A stretch of DNA of 44,419 nucleotides from Bacteroidia bacterium (GTDB taxonomy: Bacteria; Bacteroidota; Bacteroidia; Bacteroidales; Prolixibacteraceae): positions 5,399 to 49,817 of the forward strand of contig JAPLDR010000019.1 in assembly GCA_026391655.1 (NCBI GenBank), given 5' to 3'. Shown piece by piece: positions 38,184 through 44,419 of this stretch. Under the pieces are notes generated by a model that saw nothing but the letters and a program-made list of their open reading frames with translations, was not told the origin of the DNA and searched no databases. Each line of letters starts with the position of its first letter. Positions within the stretch are counted from its first letter, which is position 1. The position numbers were made by a program, and so were the translations under genes.

Positions 38184-40655
38184 ATGAGAAATGCACTCTT
38201 GTTGGCGCTATTGACCTTAGTTAACATCGTAACTTTTGCACAGAAGACCATAAATGATTCTCTGCTGGAGAATAAACTCTTCAAGCCATACATCAGCTAC
38301 TTCGCTAATGACCACGAATGGTTGTATACTCACCTGAATAAGTCCGCATATATTCAGGGCGACGATATCTGGTTTACGTCGTATGTTTTAAATCCGTTAA
38401 ATAAACGTTTGAGCCTCGTCACCTCGAAGCTTTATGTCGAGCTTTGGTCGCCTGAGAAGAAACTGATCATTCGTAAGATCCTCTATGTAAAAGCAGGTAC
38501 CACTAATCATTATTTCCATCTTGACGACTCCCTGGCTCCCGGCTCTTACTGCTTCAGAGCCTATACAAACTGGATGCGGAATTTCTATCCTGAAAACGAC
38601 CTAAATACCTTTATAACCATCCTTGGTCACGATCAGGAGTCTGAAAACGAACTTATCGTAAAACGTTATGATAATTCCCCCGACCAATCAGCACAACAAG
38701 ATAAGAATATATCCTCCGCTTCCGGACCCGATTACGATATTCAGTTTCTGCCCGAGAGTGGAACTTTTCTCGAAGGAGTTAACAATGTTTTGGGTGTAAA
38801 AGCGACCGACTTTTATGGGAAAGGTGTAAAAATAACGGGACAGGTATATAATGCCGATCATAAGGAAGTTTCTGCCTTTTCAACCAATGAATCAGGAATG
38901 GGAAATTTAACTATTCCTGAAACCACAAATCAACAATATTTTGCAAAAGCTTTCCTTCCCGATAGTACTATACTAGATCAGCAGCTTCCTAAGACAGAAC
39001 CCAAAGGCGTGATCATTCAAATAAATCCCTACAAGTCTGATGTTGTATGGTTCAGAATACTAACCAACGATGCGACGCGTCAGCTTGACAGTACCTACAT
39101 GTTAATGATACATGCCAATGGAGTAATATTCAACAATTATCTCGTCCGGTTTCCTAAAAACAATGCCATCCTGTTCAAAGTCCCAAAAAAGGAGATGGGA
39201 AGAGGCATCGTATATGCAACCATCTTTGACCAAAATCAGACACCTGTGGCTGAGCGTATTTTTTACAATCAGGACACTATTCCCAGAGGAGAGCTAACCC
39301 TTAATGCAGAACCACTAACCAATGATTCCGTGAAGGTAAATGTGGCAATTAAAGACTTGCATACTAGTCCGGGATTTGCAAAACTAAGTATATCTGTTCT
39401 TCCCGGAGAGACGATCTTAAACCATTTCAACAATAGCCTACAATCAGAATCTATTCTGCGTCCTGCACTTCGCGGGACCATTGAAAATCCAAACAGCTAT
39501 TTCGAGAAAAAAGATATTTATCATTCAATTGCCATCGACAATCTGCTTTTAACCCAGGGCTGGCGTAAATATGACTGGCCAACTATTTTAGAAGACACGA
39601 TTCACAGATTCATCTATCCTTTCGAAGAGGCATTTTCTGTTGAAGGAAAAGTTAAGAATTGGATTAAAAACAAACCGGAACTAAAAAGCAAAATTACCTT
39701 TATCTCTCCCCAGAACAAATTGTTCTTAATGGTGCCCGTGGATAGTCTCGGAACATTTAGTTTCGACCGTCTATACCTTAGCGATTCAACATGGGTTGTT
39801 GGTGCTGCCTCAAGCGATAAAGGCAAAGACTGGAACCGTGTTCTGCAGATGTCTATTCCTGAATACTATATGGATGGCCCGGATATTCAAAAAAAGCTTA
39901 CTTCAATCATTAAACCTAATAAAGAGATCATTGATGATGTCCCCAAATTGACCAAAGGGGTTATTCAACTGAAAGAATTCGTAGTTACGGCACAAAAAAA
40001 GAGCCCTTTTAAAGATAACCTCTATGTTGGGATTATGGATCGTACATTTGAGCTGACCAAAGAAAATTACTTGCGGTTTAGTAATTTGGAGATGCTTCTA
40101 CAGATCAATTTTAATGTCAGAACCGAAATGACGGATGAAGGCAAATATCATTTTAATTTGGGCAGAGGTATGACCTCCATGTCTTTAAAAGCAAGTGAAC
40201 CCATGATGATGATTGATGGAATGAGAGTTTTCAATCCGGAGGATATCCTTAATCTTCCTATAGAATTAGTGGAAGCTGTTGCTGTCAATAAAAGTGGACT
40301 GGGTGGCGGATTGGATGGTTTGGCAGGAAGCATAATCATTAAAATGCGAACGACGCCTCTTGTCGAAGATGACGTTGAAGCGACCAATTTAAAACGGATA
40401 ATAGTAAAAGGATATGCTGCCCCAAAGCAATATTTTGAGCCCAGGTATGCCGTTCAGCCCGGAACTACCCAATATGATAAATATGCCACCATCTTTTGGA
40501 AACCCGATTTGATGATCGATTCTACCAACATAGCCTCCTTCAGGTTTTTTGTTCCCCGGGAGATTAAAACCCTCAGCTTCCGTATCGAAGGAATATCATT
40601 TGAAGGTAAAACCTATTTACATGAGCAAAAAATAGCCATACCGGGAAGAAAATAA
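38184..40655 (+). CDS. Paralog 2 (intact, 823 aa) of the secreted protein with plug-like C-terminal motif
   Basis: Signal peptide MRNALLLALLTLVNIVTFAQ. Near the C-terminus: LKEFVVTAQKK ... PMMMIDGMRVFNPEDILNLPIELVEAVAVNKSGLGGGLDGLAGSIIIK. This resembles the TonB-dependent-receptor plug consensus (IDG..v....l..i.p.dIesieVLK..s.a.YG..a.nGvI.I). There is no room for a beta-barrel after it. Confidence 0.6.
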   Translation: MRNALLLALLTLVNIVTFAQKTINDSLLENKLFKPYISYFANDHEWLYTHLNKSAYIQGDDIWFTSYVLNPLNKRLSLVTSKLYVELWSPEKKLIIRKILYVKAGTTNHYFHLDDSLAPGSYCFRAYTNWMRNFYPENDLNTFITILGHDQESENELIVKRYDNSPDQSAQQDKNISSASGPDYDIQFLPESGTFLEGVNNVLGVKATDFYGKGVKITGQVYNADHKEVSAFSTNESGMGNLTIPETTNQQYFAKAFLPDSTILDQQLPKTEPKGVIIQINPYKSDVVWFRILTNDATRQLDSTYMLMIHANGVIFNNYLVRFPKNNAILFKVPKKEMGRGIVYATIFDQNQTPVAERIFYNQDTIPRGELTLNAEPLTNDSVKVNVAIKDLHTSPGFAKLSISVLPGETILNHFNNSLQSESILRPALRGTIENPNSYFEKKDIYHSIAIDNLLLTQGWRKYDWPTILEDTIHRFIYPFEEAFSVEGKVKNWIKNKPELKSKITFISPQNKLFLMVPVDSLGTFSFDRLYLSDSTWVVGAASSDKGKDWNRVLQMSIPEYYMDGPDIQKKLTSIIKPNKEIIDDVPKLTKGVIQLKEFVVTAQKKSPFKDNLYVGIMDRTFELTKENYLRFSNLEMLLQINFNVRTEMTDEGKYHFNLGRGMTSMSLKASEPMMMIDGMRVFNPEDILNLPIELVEAVAVNKSGLGGGLDGLAGSIIIKMRTTPLVEDDVEATNLKRIIVKGYAAPKQYFEPRYAVQPGTTQYDKYATIFWKPDLMIDSTNIASFRFFVPREIKTLSFRIEGISFEGKTYLHEQKIAIPGRK

Positions 40656-40695
40656 AATCCTACATTTGCATCACTAACTAATAAAAATCAGTAAT

Positions 40696-41232
40696 ATGTC
40701 AGTAAGTATATTAGGAGTCGGTTCGCGTGTAAAACACCCGCAAATGGGTAAAGGAGTTATCGTTCAGGTGCGTTCCGATGCTTATGAAATTGGTTTTATT
40801 GAGTATGGCGTGAAGCAGATCATGCGCGATTACGAAGGCCTTGAAGTAATAGAGGCTGTAGAAACCCCTTCAGATCTGATTACCTACGAGAAGATGGAGA
40901 AAAGTCTGATCAGGGTCTTGCGTCGTTTCAGCGATGTACAGGAAACTGTTCCACTCGGACAGAAATGGACAGGTGGGCGGATGATTCTTTACCCGGGTGA
41001 TAAATCCTTAAAAGAAAAAGAGGTTCCGGTTGAAACATTTTTCCATAAAATTGTGATGGTTCGCGACAGGGTGCGCGTGATGGAACAACGCATCAATGCG
41101 AGTAACCTTACTGATGAGGAAAAAGTAGATCTCGAACAATACATCACAAGGATATATGGCAGTCTTACTACGTTTAATGTATTGTTTAAGAATAAGGAAG
41201 ATCAGTTTACCGGAGAGAAAAGCAAGGAATAA
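40696..41232 (+). CDS. Hypothetical cytoplasmic protein with Tudor/KOW-like small beta-barrel N-terminus
   Basis: 178 aa. The N-terminal GSRVKHPQMGKGVIVQV resembles the G.RV.H..fG.G.V motif of UvrD/PcrA C-terminal Tudor-like and DUF3553-type domains. The rest is helical and charged. No signal peptide. Confidence 0.35.
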   Translation: MSVSILGVGSRVKHPQMGKGVIVQVRSDAYEIGFIEYGVKQIMRDYEGLEVIEAVETPSDLITYEKMEKSLIRVLRRFSDVQETVPLGQKWTGGRMILYPGDKSLKEKEVPVETFFHKIVMVRDRVRVMEQRINASNLTDEEKVDLEQYITRIYGSLTTFNVLFKNKEDQFTGEKSKE

Positions 41233-41262
41233 ATTATTTGATTATCATTAAAACAGCTTAAT

Positions 41263-42120
41263 ATGAAAATGTTCACAACTTCGGTGCTGATTTTCGCAAC
41301 CTTTTTGATCAGTACTAATATTTCGGCACAGGTTGCATTTATTAGTCCGAAACTGGAAAAAGTCTGGACCACTCCTGAAGGATTAAATGTTCCCGAATCA
41401 GCTTGCTTTAACGAGGCCGACAAAATTATTTATGTGTCGAATGTTGTTGGTATGCACAATATTAAGGATGGCATTGGTTATATATCAAAGCTTAGCGGGA
41501 AGGGTGAGTTTATTGAAAAAGAATGGGTGAAAGGTTTAAATGCACCAAAAGGAGTTGTCTGTACCCAAAAGAAATTGTTTGTTACGGATATTGACCGGGT
41601 TGTTGAGGTTGATCTGAAAACGGGAAAGATTGAGAAATTGTATAGTAACCGCAAATCGAAATCTTTGAACGATATTACAGTATCGTCTCTGGGGCGTGTT
41701 TATGTTTCAGATTCGGGCGGAAACTGCATTTTTTACGTTGGTAAAGACTCACTGGAAGTGTTTCTTGAAAGTGATCAGCTTGGCGCGATGAATGGTATAT
41801 TGGCGATTGACAACTTGTTGTATCTGGGCTCGAAAGGCAATTTTATTTCTGTCGATCAGCAAACAAAAGCAATCACTATTTTAGCTGAGAATGTTGGCTA
41901 TCTGGATGGTATTGTTTCGGTTGGCAAAAACAAATTTGTCACCTCCGATTTTAAGGGAAAAGTTCAGCTCATAGAACCCGGGAAGGGCATCGAAATGTTG
42001 ATGAATACCACTGATCTGAATATCAATGCTGCCGATCTTGGGTTTATTCCTTCACAAAATCTGCTGTTAGTTCCGACATTTAATGACAATAAGGTTTGTG
42101 CGTATAAGTTGAAATTGTAA
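41263..42120 (+). CDS. Secreted beta-propeller protein (SMP-30/gluconolactonase/LRE-like or NHL-like, six-bladed)
   Basis: 285 aa. Signal peptide MKMFTTSVLIFATFLISTNISAQ. Repeated blade-like segments (YVSNVVG..., LFVTDIDRVVEVD, VYVSDSGGNCIFYV, LLYLGSKGNFISVD). Confidence 0.4.
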   Translation: MKMFTTSVLIFATFLISTNISAQVAFISPKLEKVWTTPEGLNVPESACFNEADKIIYVSNVVGMHNIKDGIGYISKLSGKGEFIEKEWVKGLNAPKGVVCTQKKLFVTDIDRVVEVDLKTGKIEKLYSNRKSKSLNDITVSSLGRVYVSDSGGNCIFYVGKDSLEVFLESDQLGAMNGILAIDNLLYLGSKGNFISVDQQTKAITILAENVGYLDGIVSVGKNKFVTSDFKGKVQLIEPGKGIEMLMNTTDLNINAADLGFIPSQNLLLVPTFNDNKVCAYKLKL

Positions 42121-42327
42121 CATTGACAGATTACCGAATGATTATTTCGGGGTTATGGTATTTCGGCGTATAGAAGGTTGTTATTTCAATTCTCCTTTGT
42201 GGTTGCGCCGATTCCATTCCACATAAATAACCCCGGGTTATGCTCACTTTATTCGCTCCCCCGGGGTTATTCATATTCAGCCCTTTCAGGGTTGTCTAAG
42301 AACATTTGCTCAATTCTCAGACAATTG

Positions 42328-43239
42328 TCATTCCTTTTTTAAATCTTCCAGAAGCGAACCCAGTTTATTTACATAGTCGGAAAAGTCAGTCGAATACCGA
42401 ACCGAATCTGTGCGATTCTCCGGCAAATCAATTTTAAAGTGGTTCCTTATGGTTGCTGGCCCTGAATCCAGAATATAAATATCTGAAGATAGAAAAACAG
42501 CTTCGCTTTCGGAGTGTGTGACAAAAACAACTGTTGGGTCAATTTTGGCATTCTCGAAAATAGAGCGAAGAAAAACCTGGATTTGTTTCCGGGTAATCGT
42601 ATCCAAAGCTCCAAAAGGTTCGTCCATTAATAGAATCTGTGGATTCACAACAAGATTACGCGCAATGGCAACCCTTTGCAATTGTCCACCTGACAAGATC
42701 GGGTATTTGGCCCATTTGTTTTCATGTCCGGCCAACCCAACAATTTTTATCATATCCATGGCTTTATCGTTGGCTTCATCTTTAGGAACCCCTTTTAATA
42801 TCAAGGGGAGTGCAACGTTTTGCAAAACAGTTTTCCATTCAAATGAAGTATATTGCTGAAAAACCATGGGGATTCGGTCTTTATCCGTACGTTTCTTTCC
42901 ATAGATATAAACCTCTCCCGATGTTGGTACCTGTAAACCGGAAATATATCTGAGTAAAGTAGATTTTCCACAACCCGATTTACCCATTATGGTAATAAAC
43001 TGTCCACTGTCTTTTATGTCTTTGATGTCAAGATTAAAATCCTTAAACACAACATTGGGTGGAGTGTGGTCAGAATAAACCTGCGTGATATTAACAAGGT
43101 TTATTATATCTGTTGAGTGGCCGACAGGTAACTGATCTGTAGAAGCATCGATATTAACTTTGGTTTCCGGTAGCGGTGTATTTTCTACAGGTACAGTTAT
43201 TTCGCTATCATCCTGCTTTTGGAATATATTTCGCTTCAT
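42328..43239 (-). CDS. ABC transporter ATP-binding protein (NitT/TauT nitrate/sulfonate/bicarbonate-type)
   Basis: Walker A GKSGCGKST. ABC signature LSGGQLQRVAIARNL. Walker B ILLMDEPFGALD. ~60-aa N-terminal extension. TGA stop. Confidence 0.85.
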   Translation of the reverse strand: MKRNIFQKQDDSEITVPVENTPLPETKVNIDASTDQLPVGHSTDIINLVNITQVYSDHTPPNVVFKDFNLDIKDIKDSGQFITIMGKSGCGKSTLLRYISGLQVPTSGEVYIYGKKRTDKDRIPMVFQQYTSFEWKTVLQNVALPLILKGVPKDEANDKAMDMIKIVGLAGHENKWAKYPILSGGQLQRVAIARNLVVNPQILLMDEPFGALDTITRKQIQVFLRSIFENAKIDPTVVFVTHSESEAVFLSSDIYILDSGPATIRNHFKIDLPENRTDSVRYSTDFSDYVNKLGSLLEDLKKE

Positions 43240-43241
43240 TA

Positions 43242-44054
43242 TCAGGCGTATTTAAATTTAAAGAGTTTTTTATCGAGCATTTTCAGTAGTTTATCCTGTA
43301 CAAATCCTATAAAAATGATAAGAAGCAAAACTGCATAAAGCTGATCGACATGTGAACCACGCGAAGTTGCCATATAAATCATTGAACCTAGGCCCCCCTG
43401 GGCATTTACCATTTCGGCAATTACGATGTAAGTCCAGCTCACAGCTACCAGGTTGATTACATCCATTGAGAAACGGCTCAGTACCGATGGAATATAGAAA
43501 TGTTTAAGCGTCATCCAGGGACTCGCATTCAGTGTCCACATAGTCTGTTGCAGCGCCTTAAGATGATCGTCGGTTTCAATATCCTTTATCCTTTGGGCAA
43601 TTGCCGGAAGCAGGTAAACAAAAATACCGAATGCAAGGAATTCGACCTTGACTCCCAGACCAAGACCAAAAAGTGCCATAAAAATACCTGTTGTTGCAGG
43701 AAGTGGTGTAAAACGGATAGCTTCAATTTGTTTGCTGACCAGATGCCTGAAAAAAGGGATTAGCCCAATTATAAAACCGAGGGGAACTGCCAGAGCCAGC
43801 GCCTGCAGATAGCCGCTCAGATTAATAAAAATAGAGTAACCTGTATTGAACAATAGGCTTCGTTCCACAAAAAGCGTTTTGTAGCACATAATCACATCAA
43901 CGGGAGAGGGAAGGATAGTGGGTTTAATCCAGCCAAGCGTTGGAATCAGCCACCAGAAAAAGACAAGTAAGATCCATCCCAATATATTCACTGCCAATGA
44001 GGTTTTTTTATCAACATCACCGGCGAACCTAAAAAGATTTTTAATTATTTCCAT
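43242..44054 (-). CDS. ABC transporter permease (BPD_transp_1, NitT/TauT family)
   Basis: 270 aa with 6 hydrophobic segments. Conserved EAA-like loop region (MATSRGSHVDQLYAVLLL). Its start is 2 bp downstream (on the - strand) of the ATPase gene, so the two are translationally coupled. Confidence 0.8.
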   Translation of the reverse strand: MEIIKNLFRFAGDVDKKTSLAVNILGWILLVFFWWLIPTLGWIKPTILPSPVDVIMCYKTLFVERSLLFNTGYSIFINLSGYLQALALAVPLGFIIGLIPFFRHLVSKQIEAIRFTPLPATTGIFMALFGLGLGVKVEFLAFGIFVYLLPAIAQRIKDIETDDHLKALQQTMWTLNASPWMTLKHFYIPSVLSRFSMDVINLVAVSWTYIVIAEMVNAQGGLGSMIYMATSRGSHVDQLYAVLLLIIFIGFVQDKLLKMLDKKLFKFKYA

Positions 44055-44071
44055 AATTACTGATTTTTTCC

Positions 44072-44118
44072 TCTTTATAATAAAGGAGGATAATTTGTAT
44101 CCTCCTTTATTATAAAGA
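44072..44118. repeat. Perfect 19-bp inverted repeat (tctttataataaaggagga / tcctcctttattataaaga) with a 9-nt spacer, between the OmpA-like gene and the ABC permease
   Basis: Read directly. The arms contain AAGGAGGA. It is flanked by a T-tract on the 5' side (+ strand) and by aacttttta on the 3' side. Confidence 0.6.
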
Positions 44119-44132
44119 ACTTTTTAAATATC

Positions 44133-44419
44133 TTATTTTCCTAATAGTTGAAACTCTGTCCGGCGATTTGCAGCCCTGCCTTCTTCCGAATTGTTGTCTG
44201 CAACCGGTTTATCGGGACCGTTACCAACAATGATAAACCTGTTCGGATCGAAATTGTAGGTTTTAACCAAATAGTCGGCAACCGATTTCGCACGTTTGCG
44301 GGAAAGTTCCTTGTTCATTACAGCACTGCCAACATTGTCGGTATTCCCTTCAATGCGTACTTTCATTCCGGCAAACTCAACAGACAATTGTCCAAGCTGA
44401 TTTTCAATTTTCTCCTTCA
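44133..44419 (-). CDS. OmpA-family (peptidoglycan-binding) protein, C-terminal part; the gene continues beyond the window end
   Basis: OmpA-like C-domain motifs: EGNTDNVGSAVMNKELSRKRAKSVADYLV and GRAANRRTEF (compare NRRVEF). TAA stop at 44133-44135. The N-terminus is not in the window. Confidence 0.7.
   Translation of the reverse strand, partial: KEKIENQLGQLSVEFAGMKVRIEGNTDNVGSAVMNKELSRKRAKSVADYLVKTYNFDPNRFIIVGNGPDKPVADNNSEEGRAANRRTEFQLLGK

Larger units (their letters stand above)
35394..40655 (+). repeat. Tandem duplication of a ~2.6 kb segment (copy 1 ~35394-37974, copy 2 ~38054-40655), each copy holding its own upstream region and one paralogous gene
   Basis: The 5' flanks align (caaaactgATGAACTTAAAAATGAAGTTTTACCTTTGAA... 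in both copies). The first ~400 nt of the two CDSs are near-identical and diverge later. The encoded proteins are colinear paralogs. Confidence 0.8.

Noticed and set aside
42121-42327. GC-rich CCCCGGG/CCCGGGG motifs between the convergent propeller and ABC genes, considered as a bidirectional terminator
   Set aside because: The palindromes (aaccccgggtt, cccccggggtt) are too short or loop-less to form stable hairpins, and no U-tracts follow them. They are noted only as GC-rich islands, possibly relatives of the ccct/aggg element family.

Overview
This window reads as a Bacteroidota-type chromosomal segment built around a polysaccharide utilization locus (PUL), with flanking regions described below.

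The PUL core (about 8.1 to 35.3 kb, all + strand) contains, in order:
- a membrane-anchored periplasmic beta-propeller/Y_Y_Y sensor fused directly to an AraC DNA-binding domain, with no kinase or receiver domain
- a SusC-like TonB-dependent transporter and a SusD-like lipoprotein
- GH97, GH88, a beta-lactamase-fold serine hydrolase, GH39, a very large GH106/GH2-sugar-binding-like hydrolase, GH127, a GH28-like beta-helix enzyme, a putative alpha/beta-hydrolase, a heparinase II/III-like polysaccharide lyase and an MFS sugar permease
- a GH9-like enzyme immediately upstream (5.1 to 7.6 kb)

The 5' end (0.3 to 4.9 kb, - strand) carries a flotillin/SPFH-family protein with four internal N-terminal repeats, two small hypothetical proteins, and two different tandem-repeat/palindrome regions.

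The 3' end (35.4 to 44.4 kb) carries a tandem ~2.6 kb duplication encoding two paralogous secreted proteins with a plug-like C-terminal motif. Downstream of it are a Tudor-like-N-terminus hypothetical protein, a six-bladed-propeller-like secreted protein, a NitT/TauT-type ABC ATPase and permease on the - strand, and the 3' end of an OmpA-family gene.

Four genes in 44 kb are disrupted:
- an in-frame TAG in the AraC sensor
- a frameshift or small deletion in GH88
- a frameshift in the large GH
- an in-frame CGA to TGA in one of the duplicated paralogs
A recurrent 33-bp palindromic element occurs three times in and around GH gene boundaries, once inside coding sequence.

I see no CRISPR array, rRNA, tRNA or obvious mobile-element genes. 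All family assignments are motif-level readings of the translated ORFs, made without database searches.
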